Virus record (IMG/VR): IMGVR_UViG_3300043424_000316
Location: 13,221-77,220 of that record
Direction: 5' to 3' (one strand)
Source: a virus
Length of the DNA: 64,000 nucleotides
Shown here: piece after piece, positions 18,459 to 28,327 of the stretch
Layout: every line of letters begins with the position of its first letter
Numbering within the stretch: position 1 is the first letter of the stretch
Notes under the pieces: model-generated
What the model was told of the DNA's origin: nothing
Database searches by the model: none
Seen by the model: the letters and a program-made list of their open reading frames with translations, nothing else
Translations under genes and position numbers: made by a program

Positions 18459-20018
18459 TTATATGAATAAATATAAGTTACTTCCTGAAATAACTAAGCT
18501 ACCAGTGGAATCTATTATTGGTAGCTGGTTTATAGTTGGTAATACAAACGTACCTTCAACATTCAGACTTCCACTCATATAAGCAGATCCAGTGAAAATC
18601 AATAAATCACCAGACAATGTTGTATCACCATTTATTGTTGTGCTGCCTGTAACACTCATTGAACCAGTAAATTGGTGTCTATCATCTAATGTATCACCAA
18701 AACGAGATGATCCAGATACAAGTAGTGTTTGATAATTAACTACCGATGAGGAAACAACATAAGTTCTAGCGGTTATAGTGCCACCGACTAAAAGATTTCC
18801 GTCAAAGTTTGCATTAGTTGCATACAGAGTGTTAAATCTTGGTGAATCTGTTTCTGCCAATCCTAACACACCTCTTTGTCCGGAACCAGATACTATATTT
18901 GTTCCAAATAAGTGTGAAAGTGTTTGAATTGAGGATGAAACTATACCGACTGGTTTGCTTAAAATGTTATCCCAATATACACTGCCACTCAATTCACCAT
19001 CAGTAACAAATCCTAAATCTTGAATTTGTTGTGAAGACGATATTACACCGGAAAATACACCACTAAAAAGTGGAGCGGTAATAGTACCTTGTGACGTTAA
19101 TGATCCACTTAAAAATAATGAACCAGTAAATTGGTGAGTATCATCTACGGTATCGCCGAATTGCGTTGAACCGGATGCCTTTATTGATTGTATATCAACG
19201 ATAGAAGATGATACAACATAGGTTCTAGCAGTAAGTGTTCCGTCTATAAATGCATTACCATCTATTGTTAAGTTACTACCGGATATGTTACCGAAAACAA
19301 CATTATCAGTTGTACCCAATCCGATAGAATTTCTTTGATTTGAAGAAGATATTATTCCTGTTCCACCCAATACTTGAACGGAACTAGATACAATACCACT
19401 TGGTTTGTTTAATATATCATCCCAAACACTAGATGTAATAAATCCAAAATTTTGAATTTGTTGTGAAGATGATATTGTACCAGCAGCAACAAGATTTGTT
19501 AAACCACTACCATCACCAACAAATGTCCCATATACTGATCCAGATACATAAACTGAACCTGTAAATTGATGTGTGTCTAATATATCGTTACCGAATATAT
19601 TTGAACCACTACTAAATGATTGGGTTACATTTATCACCGATGATGATATTATCAACTGTCTAGCAGTTAAATCACCAGTCAGAGTAAGGTTGTTAAATGT
19701 TGGTGAGTCTGTGGTTGCAAGTCCTAACACGCTTCTTTGTGCAGAACTCGATACTATATTTGTTCCCGAAAGGTGTGAAAGTGTCTGTGCCGATGATGAC
19801 ACAGTTCCAGAAGGCATAGATGCAGGTGAAAGATTGGTTAATTGTGAACCATCCCCCTTGAAGTAATACGCATCTACCGTTCCAGACACAGCCAATAATG
19901 TAACAAGAGATCCAGTTCCGTCAAGAAGTGTTGAATCATCAACGGGATCGGTTTGAAGCAATCTATAATAAGATTCGGAAACAAATAGATTGGTTAGGTC
20001 TCTTTGTGTACTTGGCAA
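18459..20018 (-). CDS. Fibre-like virion protein with three internal repeats
   Basis: Three copies of ..LGL.TTD...F....G.LTAR.Y..SSS......SGS..FGD..DD.HQFTGS...SGS. TTG start. Confidence 0.65.
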   Translation of the reverse strand: MPSTQRDLTNLFVSESYYRLLQTDPVDDSTLLDGTGSLVTLLAVSGTVDAYYFKGDGSQLTNLSPASMPSGTVSSSAQTLSHLSGTNIVSSSAQRSVLGLATTDSPTFNNLTLTGDLTARQLIISSSVINVTQSFSSGSNIFGNDILDTHQFTGSVYVSGSVYGTFVGDGSGLTNLVAAGTISSSQQIQNFGFITSSVWDDILNKPSGIVSSSVQVLGGTGIISSSNQRNSIGLGTTDNVVFGNISGSNLTIDGNAFIDGTLTARTYVVSSSIVDIQSIKASGSTQFGDTVDDTHQFTGSLFLSGSLTSQGTITAPLFSGVFSGVISSSQQIQDLGFVTDGELSGSVYWDNILSKPVGIVSSSIQTLSHLFGTNIVSGSGQRGVLGLAETDSPRFNTLYATNANFDGNLLVGGTITARTYVVSSSVVNYQTLLVSGSSRFGDTLDDRHQFTGSMSVTGSTTINGDTTLSGDLLIFTGSAYMSGSLNVEGTFVLPTINQLPIIDSTGSLVISGSNLYLFI

Positions 20019-20085
20019 TTATTCTCTCTCATAGTGTATATGTTTGAATAAATACATTCTACACTATAAATATGTAAAAGATTTT

Positions 20086-23000
20086 TTATGATATAATAAT
20101 TACTGTATGTTGTAACAGAGTTGGATTTGCATTAAATACAAGCGTTGCGTTATTATTATCATCAGCGGTAACAACATATTCTTTGGTTGCATCACCAACA
20201 GGAGCATACGGTGGTATTAAATCATAAGTTGCATTTTCCCGCACATATACAATAATATCTCTGGTTCCTAAATTATGAGTAAAAGTAAAAGTATTGGTAA
20301 ATCCTGTTCCAAATCCAGATGTATACTTACCAGCACTATTTCCTGATGTTCCGGATGTTCCAGTATTACCACTTGTACCACTTGTACCAAATGTTTGTCC
20401 AGATGTACCAGATGTACCATTTGCACCAGATGTTCCTGATGTGCCCGGCACACCAAATGCACCATCGGCTCCAGATGTTCCAGAACTACCACTACTTCCA
20501 GATGTTCCAGAACTACCACTAATTCCAGATGTTCCACTCTCACCAGAAGTTCCACTTGATCCAGCAAGACCATTAACACCACTTGTTCCAGATGAACCAG
20601 AATTACCAGATGTACCGGATGTACCTGAATTTCCACTGCTTCCGGATGTTCCATTTACTCCAGAAGTTCCACTACTTCCAGACAAACCAGCATCACCTTT
20701 CTCTCCCGATGTTCCGGACGAACCGGATGTTCCACTCAGTCCACTACTTCCAGATGTTCCACTTATTCCAGATAATCCGGATGTTCCAGAAGAACCAGAA
20801 GAACCAGACAATCCAGAAGTTCCAGATGAACCACTTTCTCCAGATGTTCCCGATACTCCAGATGTTCCAGAAACTCCAGATGTTCCGGACGTTCCACCAG
20901 TTCCTTGTGGTCCAGGAGCACCAGATAGCGATATACTCCAACTTGAATATGTACCACTTCCTGTTATCGTTGTAATGTTTATTATTAACTCACCAGTTCC
21001 ACTGTTATACGATGTAATATCCCCTTCCATTTTATTAGAACTATTATATGCAGCTATTACATTCTGACCAACACTTAATTGTAATCCAGTATCAACTGTA
21101 AATGTTTTTGATCCTGTTCCTATTGTATTTGAAGTAGAAGATGTTGTTGTATATTTGTCTCCAGAAAGACCTGCAGTTCCAGATGTACCATTTACTCCAG
21201 ATGTTCCGGATGTTCCTGGTTGACCGGGCATACCATTTATACCATTTGTTCCAGATGTTCCGGATGTTCCAGAAACACCACTCGAACCACTTTCTCCAGA
21301 TGAACCACTTGTACCCGATGATCCACTATTTCCAGATGTTCCCGATGTTCCAGGTGAACCAGTTGCACCAGTTGCACCATTTGCTCCAGATGTACCAGAA
21401 GTTCCGGATGTTCCGGGTGAACCAGTTGCACCGGTTGCACCACTTACTCCAGATGTACCAGAAGTTCCACTTTGTCCAGATGTACCAGAAGTTCCCGATG
21501 TTCCATGTGTACCACCGGTTCCACCCGATCCAAATGTTCCACCGTTTATCACAGCATTTTGAATAGTTACTTGACATCCATCCCATTTAATATAAGATTC
21601 CCCACAAGTTCCATTATTACAACTTCCACCTCCGGAAGTACCAGCAGTACCAAAAACTGGATTATACGATCCACTCCAACCTAAAAGAAATTCAGAACTC
21701 GAACCGATTATGAATAAATCAAAACTAGATGGTGTTGATCCAAAATTGAATGTGGATCCACATTGATTTATCATGTTTATACTGTTCTGTGAGAACGTAC
21801 CAGATGCTAGATTGTAAGGATTTCCGGTTGTTAATCCCCATCCAAAACTTGATGGATTATTTGGATTGTTTATTGCATTCTGAACACCTTGATACAGATA
21901 TGGTTGGATTGCAGATCCCGATGTTGTTGCGTTTGATGTATTAGCATATAGTTGCATACCACTTGCAGTGTATGAAGCAAGATATGTTGAACCAGTTATT
22001 ATGTTATCATCACCGTAAATGTAAGAATTACCACCCTCAAAAAATAAATCATTATTTACAGTTTCAACATTAGATTCTCTTAAAGTATCATTAAAGTATT
22101 GGATTTTCAAATCCATATACTCTAATTTGTGATTTTGATTCATTGGAACATTAAGATTTATCCGTTTCGGAGTAAATCCAGGTTCAACTGTTTCTTTTAT
22201 TTCAATATCTTGTAAAACAACGCCAGGATGTAATAAAAATTTTACTCTACCATCACCGTCATTATCAGGAGAAATAGTTAATTTATTATTTCTTTTTAAT
22301 TCACTTTCTACATTTTTTAATTCTACACTACCAACATATTTACCAAATTCAGTGTCATTATTGAAACAACTACCAGTTACATATATCTCTAATTTTGGTT
22401 CAAGTTTTGTAGTAGATGGTCTGTATCTATACGCATCGAAAGTAATTTCATACAAAGTATCTTTGTAAAAAGTTGTTGATAGACTTGCGGATTGTTCAAT
22501 TATTATTGCCTGATTTCCTACCAAGGATGCGATAGTTGATTCTATACCGGTAAATTTATTTGTATTGTATAAATTTAATGTTGGAGTTGGTGCACCATTT
22601 ATTGAAGATGCAGTCCAATAACTTATAGCGTTTATAGATATTGGTGAACTATCACCTGCAACAGTTGCAACTCGTGATGGTTCAAATTTCCCAATAGGAA
22701 AATCAACGATTCGAGAATCTTCATCTATTAGTATATTTTTTGGTTCAATTTTACCGTCATAGATTTCTTTGAAATCCGAACTTGTATCGTTCTTACTTTT
22801 CGCTAATACCTTAACACGACTTACAACACCAACAGTTGGATCTATCTTATTTATTTTTAACTTAGCATAGTTTTTTATATTCTGAGTTATATTTTTTGAT
22901 GTTGGTTTTTGTTGGTAAACTAATCTATACGGTTGTATTTCTGCATTTGATATTTCTGTCAGTTGTCCATCTGTTCCAATGACTTTTAATTTTTTATCTA

Positions 23001-23733
23001 ATTCCAACACATAGTTGTTATTAACAGATTTAACACTTGCACTATATTCAAAACTACCAGTTTGGTAGGATATGAGTGGTTCTATATTATCAGAAAGATT
23101 TGGAAATGATATAGTTGCACCAACAAGGTTTTCTGTAAATGTTTCACCTAGAGAAAATATCTTGGGTTTACCGTTTTCCAATGAATATCTAGCAGTTCCA
23201 GTTTGAACTGATTCCTTATTACCACCTGTAAATCTATCTTCTATTACAGAGTATTTTCTTTCTGTTATAGATACTTCTGGATTTTCTTCAAATAATATGT
23301 CATTATCATTTGGTTTGAATTTATCAACACCAATAGTATAGACAAATTTTATATTGTTCTGTACAATACTGTTGTTTGGAAGTTTTTTTAATTCCAAATC
23401 AACATTACTAGTTCCGATAAAAGTTATTGTACCAGTTCCGAGTGATGTTGTTCTATAAACATAAACCGAAACTATTTTTGTTCCATCTGCTTCTTCTGCA
23501 CTTGTTACATGATGAAAAACGTTATTTCCACTTGCATCCAATACTTCAATGTATATTGGATAATACGGTGAAAGGTTATCAAAGTTGGGTTTTATCTTAA
23601 ACCCATTTTTACCGGCAGAGAAATAATCTGGTATAGATATTATGTTAAAAAAATTAGAAGATAGTTCTGAATCATCAATAAATTGAGTATCGGAAACTAT
23701 TAAATTACGTTTAAGTCTTTTATATTCTACCAT
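20086..23733 (-). CDS. Large virion protein with two (Gly-Thr/Ser-Ser)n collagen-like tracts
   Basis: Globular N-terminal 700 aa or so; G-X-Y tracts at about 21168-21535 and 20337-20925 separated by a small beta domain; C-terminal THNLGTRDIIVYV motif. Confidence 0.7.
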   Translation of the reverse strand: MVEYKRLKRNLIVSDTQFIDDSELSSNFFNIISIPDYFSAGKNGFKIKPNFDNLSPYYPIYIEVLDASGNNVFHHVTSAEEADGTKIVSVYVYRTTSLGTGTITFIGTSNVDLELKKLPNNSIVQNNIKFVYTIGVDKFKPNDNDILFEENPEVSITERKYSVIEDRFTGGNKESVQTGTARYSLENGKPKIFSLGETFTENLVGATISFPNLSDNIEPLISYQTGSFEYSASVKSVNNNYVLELDKKLKVIGTDGQLTEISNAEIQPYRLVYQQKPTSKNITQNIKNYAKLKINKIDPTVGVVSRVKVLAKSKNDTSSDFKEIYDGKIEPKNILIDEDSRIVDFPIGKFEPSRVATVAGDSSPISINAISYWTASSINGAPTPTLNLYNTNKFTGIESTIASLVGNQAIIIEQSASLSTTFYKDTLYEITFDAYRYRPSTTKLEPKLEIYVTGSCFNNDTEFGKYVGSVELKNVESELKRNNKLTISPDNDGDGRVKFLLHPGVVLQDIEIKETVEPGFTPKRINLNVPMNQNHKLEYMDLKIQYFNDTLRESNVETVNNDLFFEGGNSYIYGDDNIITGSTYLASYTASGMQLYANTSNATTSGSAIQPYLYQGVQNAINNPNNPSSFGWGLTTGNPYNLASGTFSQNSINMINQCGSTFNFGSTPSSFDLFIIGSSSEFLLGWSGSYNPVFGTAGTSGGGSCNNGTCGESYIKWDGCQVTIQNAVINGGTFGSGGTGGTHGTSGTSGTSGQSGTSGTSGVSGATGATGSPGTSGTSGTSGANGATGATGSPGTSGTSGNSGSSGTSGSSGESGSSGVSGTSGTSGTNGINGMPGQPGTSGTSGVNGTSGTAGLSGDKYTTTSSTSNTIGTGSKTFTVDTGLQLSVGQNVIAAYNSSNKMEGDITSYNSGTGELIINITTITGSGTYSSWSISLSGAPGPQGTGGTSGTSGVSGTSGVSGTSGESGSSGTSGLSGSSGSSGTSGLSGISGTSGSSGLSGTSGSSGTSGEKGDAGLSGSSGTSGVNGTSGSSGNSGTSGTSGNSGSSGTSGVNGLAGSSGTSGESGTSGISGSSGTSGSSGSSGTSGADGAFGVPGTSGTSGANGTSGTSGQTFGTSGTSGNTGTSGTSGNSAGKYTSGFGTGFTNTFTFTHNLGTRDIIVYVRENATYDLIPPYAPVGDATKEYVVTADDNNNATLVFNANPTLLQHTVIIIS

Positions 23734-23734
23734 T

Positions 23735-26700
23735 CTAATTCTCTATTTTAGAAAATCCATTTTCCTTTTTGATTTCAATATGATTATCTACCATATCACG
23801 AACACTATCTATGTGTGATATAAGTATGACAAACTCGAATTGTGTTTTCAAATACTCCATAAACAAAGAAAAGTTTGCCATTATTGTTGGATCCATGACA
23901 CCCAATCCTTCATCTATTGCAATAAAGTTCGGTCTTGGTAAAGACGAAACTTGTATCAATGCTGTTCTGATTGCAAGTGATGAAATAAACTTTTCCATAC
24001 CACTTGACAATTCTAAATTCCAAAAACGGTCATTATCGTAAACGATGTAAGTGTTTATACTCTTACCATCCGTATCAAAAAGAACTTGAAAGTCAACAAT
24101 GTTTGCCAATATGTTATTCGTTTCCTCTTGAATACTTGGCAAAGCATTACTAATCAATTCATACGGAACACCATTTCTGTTTACTGCCTTCAAATAATAA
24201 TCGTATGCTTCATATTCATTTTCGAGGTCTTTCAACTTTTGAATTGAAACCTCACATTCGTTTATTATTCTTTCACTAACCTTTACGTTTCCACTGTATT
24301 CCAAAATACTTTCATCAATCTTTTTAAGTTCAATCTTTAACCGATTATTTTTATTGTTTTCTAATTCATCAATTTCTGATTGTATCTTGTTATTCTGATT
24401 GATAATATCTTCATTTTCTTTCAACTTTTCAATTTGACTATCTATTACAGATAGTTCTTCACTAGTTTTTGTAATGTCTTCCTTTACAGAAAATATACTC
24501 TTTTCAATAGAGTAGATTTGCTTTTCATATTTGAACGTACTATTTTCAAGACTATGTAATTTTTCCAATTCGGAATATACAGATGAATTTTTTGAAAATT
24601 CTTCTTCAAGATGTCTTATATCGAAAAGCAATTCATCACGGTCTTGCTCATACCCCCATATTAGTGATTTTGCATTTTGTGCATCCTTTACAAATACATT
24701 ATTAACACAAAACTGACAATTAGGATCATACTCATGGTCTTTCAGATTATCAATTTTATCTTGACAATGTTGAACTTTTAACTTAACACTCCTCAAATCC
24801 GCTTCAAATTGTGTAAGTCTGTTTCTAACACCATCAACTCTTTCCTTATTTTTCATAAGAGTTTCTTTGTCAAACTCTTTTGTCAAACCACTATATTTTT
24901 CATAGGAAGATTTGGCATCAGATAATTCGTTTTCTAATGATGTTAATTCCTTTGTCAAATCATTCATCTTTCTATCTAATAAATATCGTTTATCTAATAA
25001 TGATTGGACAGATTTTGAAGAAAAGTTATCATCGATTGGTATTAGTTTCTTATGCAATTCGGATATTTCATTTGTCAATTTTTCTATTTTCTTTTCGATA
25101 TACGATTTCTGGTCTACCGTTTCTTCTAACAAAACTGTATTTGTCTGATGAATACCATTTGCATCAGCAAGTTTTGTAGAATAATCATGTTTCTTAAATT
25201 CCTTTACAAGTGCCTGTAATCCCTTTACTTCATCAGTTGCAATGGTATTCAGTTCTTCAAATAGATTTAAGTCAAAGAATTGTGCTAACAAATCTTTCCT
25301 ATCCTTCTGTGCTTTATCTACAAAGTTTGTATTATTACCTTGCAATGACATGGCGGTTAAAACAAAATCATCATAAGTTCCGATATATTTACGAATTGCA
25401 TAATTTGTTGTATCTCTATCTTCGCCATTTAGAGAAACCAAATTACCATTTTCTTCATACCAAAAATCTACATTAACTTTTACATTACCTTTCTTTTCTT
25501 TGGTTGCAACCCTTTTGATATAATAATTTTTATCACCAATCATAAAATGTAATTTACATTGGAAGTTATCTTTCTTATTATTAAGAACTTGTGCAGCCTT
25601 AAATGTACGAGAACATTTATCGAACAAACAGAACATTAGAGCATCAAGGAGTGATGATTTACCACTTGCATTTGGTGCAAACAATCCGTATATCCCATTC
25701 ATGTTTGAAAAATCAACACGATTTCCTTTACCGTAAGAAAACATATTATCAAATTCAAATGATATAGGTGTCCATATAAGATTACGAACAACATCACTTT
25801 CAGATAATTTTGTATTTATATTACGATTTATATTTCTCATCTTTTCAAGTATTTCATCTGATACTGAAAACTTATCACTAACATAATCCGTAATCAATTT
25901 ATTTTGGTATTCAATATCTCTAATTTTCCCTATTGGGTTTACCTTTGTTTGTATATTACCGTTGCTAGAACCAACAATGTGTTGTGTTCTGATGTCTATA
26001 GCATTCGTCATTGATTTTAAGTCTGTCATTATCTGATTGACTTCTGAATGTGGTGTGTTTGTTATTCTCAAACGAATTGAATTGTATTTTGTAAATTTCG
26101 TTGGTAATTTTTTTATCTTACCGTTTTCAACATCAATAGTATGATAAGACCAATCATTTTCAATTTCAATAAACTTTGATTTTTTATTTTTAATATCCCA
26201 TTCAATTATACCATGTGTTAATCCCTCACCGTAGTTTTGTTGAATCAGAGAACCCGCATATGCAAACTTCCCATCAACATCAAGGTATTGAAATTTGTGT
26301 ATATCACCAAACAATCCATAATCAAAACCATCAAACATTTCAACCTTTACTTGATTGTGTTTCATAAGAACACCTGCATCAGTTGCTGCCCTATCAACAG
26401 GACCATGATATAAAACTATTTTTGTTTTATTACCACTATTAACATCTTTTGCCAAAATGAAATTTTCAGGATTCTCATAAACAGAGTTTACAACGAAATC
26501 AACATTTTCAAGTTCATATACTCCAGTTTCTTTTAGATAAAAAAGGTTGTTGTGCTCATCGTTAATCAAAGAAACTATCGGTGAAAGTGCATCCATCCTA
26601 CTCATATTGTTAAGGTTACAATCGTGATTCCCTGCAATTAAAACAGTTGGTGCAATCCTTGAAAGTGTATCTAAAAATTCAGTTACCATTGCAACCAATT

Positions 26701-26917
26701 CGGGTGTCATGTCTGTTTTTGCATGAACAATATCACCTGCAAGATAGATTATTGTATTTTTGTTTTCTTCAACTTTTTTTCTACAAACATCATATACTTT
26801 TTGGAACACACTACGATATTCCTCATGTCTTTTAAGATTACGAATGTGAACGTCTGCAATATGAATAATTTTATCTACTTTAGCAAGTGATCCAACCCAC
26901 AATGTTTCTTTACGCAT
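23735..26917 (-). CDS. Fused SbcD-SbcC (Mre11-Rad50, T4 gp47-gp46-like) nuclease/ATPase
   Basis: Phosphoesterase motifs IADVH, AGDIVH, AGNHD and GDIH. Walker A APNASGKSS, coiled coil with CQFC hook, signature SSGME, Walker B IAIDEG and ISH. One uninterrupted ORF. Confidence 0.9.
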   Translation of the reverse strand: MRKETLWVGSLAKVDKIIHIADVHIRNLKRHEEYRSVFQKVYDVCRKKVEENKNTIIYLAGDIVHAKTDMTPELVAMVTEFLDTLSRIAPTVLIAGNHDCNLNNMSRMDALSPIVSLINDEHNNLFYLKETGVYELENVDFVVNSVYENPENFILAKDVNSGNKTKIVLYHGPVDRAATDAGVLMKHNQVKVEMFDGFDYGLFGDIHKFQYLDVDGKFAYAGSLIQQNYGEGLTHGIIEWDIKNKKSKFIEIENDWSYHTIDVENGKIKKLPTKFTKYNSIRLRITNTPHSEVNQIMTDLKSMTNAIDIRTQHIVGSSNGNIQTKVNPIGKIRDIEYQNKLITDYVSDKFSVSDEILEKMRNINRNINTKLSESDVVRNLIWTPISFEFDNMFSYGKGNRVDFSNMNGIYGLFAPNASGKSSLLDALMFCLFDKCSRTFKAAQVLNNKKDNFQCKLHFMIGDKNYYIKRVATKEKKGNVKVNVDFWYEENGNLVSLNGEDRDTTNYAIRKYIGTYDDFVLTAMSLQGNNTNFVDKAQKDRKDLLAQFFDLNLFEELNTIATDEVKGLQALVKEFKKHDYSTKLADANGIHQTNTVLLEETVDQKSYIEKKIEKLTNEISELHKKLIPIDDNFSSKSVQSLLDKRYLLDRKMNDLTKELTSLENELSDAKSSYEKYSGLTKEFDKETLMKNKERVDGVRNRLTQFEADLRSVKLKVQHCQDKIDNLKDHEYDPNCQFCVNNVFVKDAQNAKSLIWGYEQDRDELLFDIRHLEEEFSKNSSVYSELEKLHSLENSTFKYEKQIYSIEKSIFSVKEDITKTSEELSVIDSQIEKLKENEDIINQNNKIQSEIDELENNKNNRLKIELKKIDESILEYSGNVKVSERIINECEVSIQKLKDLENEYEAYDYYLKAVNRNGVPYELISNALPSIQEETNNILANIVDFQVLFDTDGKSINTYIVYDNDRFWNLELSSGMEKFISSLAIRTALIQVSSLPRPNFIAIDEGLGVMDPTIMANFSLFMEYLKTQFEFVILISHIDSVRDMVDNHIEIKKENGFSKIEN

Positions 26918-27869
26918 ATAATATCCTTTGTTTAATTATGTCATAACTGTCTGTGGGTTTTGTTTCTTGTTTGACACCAACAAAATCTTTGAAACCCATT
27001 TCATTTATATCTTTTTGTTCCATCTTAACCATTGATACTTCGATACCTTCACATAGTAGTTTAGATGAAATTTTTATTGCATCATGTATTGCATCATTAT
27101 CAAGTGCAACAATTACTTTTGGTGGTTTACGTAACAATATCTTTTCCATAAGTCTTGGTTGAATTATTTTGCCAAAAAGTGGAATTGCATTATATCTAGC
27201 AGTGATTGCATCGAATACACCTTCAACAAGTGTAACAGGTTCTTCCCAATTTATGAAACTTTCAAAACCAATAACATCCTTGCTCCATTTTGGATTTTTA
27301 TATTTCAATGTATCTTCTTCAAAGATAGAACGAGAAACAAAAAAGTTTAGATTGAAATTATCATCATAAGAAGGAACGATAATTCTGCCAGAATAGTTTC
27401 CACTCGGACAATAACCAATACCATATCTCAAAATATCCGTTCTACCAATTCCTCTAGATTTCAGATAGTTTAATGATTGTTTCATTTGCATCTTTATCTG
27501 AATGTCTTTTATCTTTGGAAACTGATATAGACTGATAAATTCTTTTGGTAAAACCAATTCTTCTTTTGTTTCTTTTTTATTTTGAATGTATAGGTTTTTT
27601 GTTTTGAGGATTTTATCAAGGTCTTCTTGATATTGTCTACCAACTTTCAATTTCTTGAAAAGTGAAACAATACTTCTACCTTTAGCATTACTAACCCAAC
27701 AATGCCATGGATTCTCTGCATTATTATTTACTGATAAGTCTATTTCAAGTTTTGGTTTGTAATGACTAATGAATGGTGAAAAGAACGAATAATTGTTGCC
27801 AGATGTTCTTCTACCTTTACCGATAACTTTTTCTACAAGTGATAACAAATCGTAGTTAATCATAAACAC
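26910..27869 (-). CDS. DNA primase (DnaG-like TOPRIM)
   Basis: YLKSRGI, RIIVP, KYKNP, LVEGVFDA and VALDNDA...KDINEM. The start may be ATG 27863. Confidence 0.85.
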   Translation of the reverse strand: MFMINYDLLSLVEKVIGKGRRTSGNNYSFFSPFISHYKPKLEIDLSVNNNAENPWHCWVSNAKGRSIVSLFKKLKVGRQYQEDLDKILKTKNLYIQNKKETKEELVLPKEFISLYQFPKIKDIQIKMQMKQSLNYLKSRGIGRTDILRYGIGYCPSGNYSGRIIVPSYDDNFNLNFFVSRSIFEEDTLKYKNPKWSKDVIGFESFINWEEPVTLVEGVFDAITARYNAIPLFGKIIQPRLMEKILLRKPPKVIVALDNDAIHDAIKISSKLLCEGIEVSMVKMEQKDINEMGFKDFVGVKQETKPTDSYDIIKQRILYA

Positions 27870-27888
27870 ACTTTATGTAAAATAATAC

Positions 27889-27925
27889 TTGTCACAAATA
27901 TAGTAAAAATTTGTGACAATTACAA
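27889..27925 (-). promoter_or_regulatory. Perfect 11-bp inverted repeat overlapping a Bacteroidota-type -7 element
   Basis: TTGTCACAAAT-N9-ATTTGTGACAA at 27889-27919. Minus-strand TATATTTG at 27895-27902 with TTG 20 nt upstream. Confidence 0.55.
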
Positions 27926-28327
27926 GCAATCTTTTAGCCAATCTTCCGGTATTTCTTTTTTTGCCCATAGCCAACCTTTCTTATCACAGTATTGGGCATA
28001 AGTTGTTTTACTTCCCTTGTATAACTTTGCATTAGGATTTTGGAACACGAAACGAATGTCTATTCCAGGATATTGTTCAAATATAAGGTCAAATTTTAGT
28101 CGGTCTGTCTTTACCCATCTACCCTTTGTTTCAACATACATCTTTTGACCAGATATTTTGGTTAGAACAAAATCTGGTGTATAGTTGTGTTTAGTTTCTG
28201 GTTGTATGTAGGATATTTTTTCGGTTTCATAACTAAATGATTTTTTACTTTCTTTCAACAAATCATTTACATTATCTTCCAACCCACTACGAAAACCATG
28301 CTTTATTGCAACCTGATTTCTACGCAT
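27920..28327 (-). CDS. T7 endonuclease I-like Holliday junction resolvase
   Basis: FRSGLE, YTPDF, YVETKGRW, DIRFVFQ and KGSKTTYAQYC motifs. Confidence 0.9.
   Translation of the reverse strand: MRRNQVAIKHGFRSGLEDNVNDLLKESKKSFSYETEKISYIQPETKHNYTPDFVLTKISGQKMYVETKGRWVKTDRLKFDLIFEQYPGIDIRFVFQNPNAKLYKGSKTTYAQYCDKKGWLWAKKEIPEDWLKDCL

Noticed and set aside
20031-20073. Third hairpin (ATAGTGTA/TACACTAT) beside a late motif
   Set aside because: The 8-bp stem is AT-rich, abuts rather than covers the purine-rich RBS, and has no evident early promoter just upstream. Too weak to claim.
7467-21586. Plus-strand and alternate-frame ORFs rich in PDVP/PEVP or LEHLE
   Set aside because: These are shadow frames of the Gly-Thr-Ser codon repeats and lie wholly inside longer minus-strand genes.
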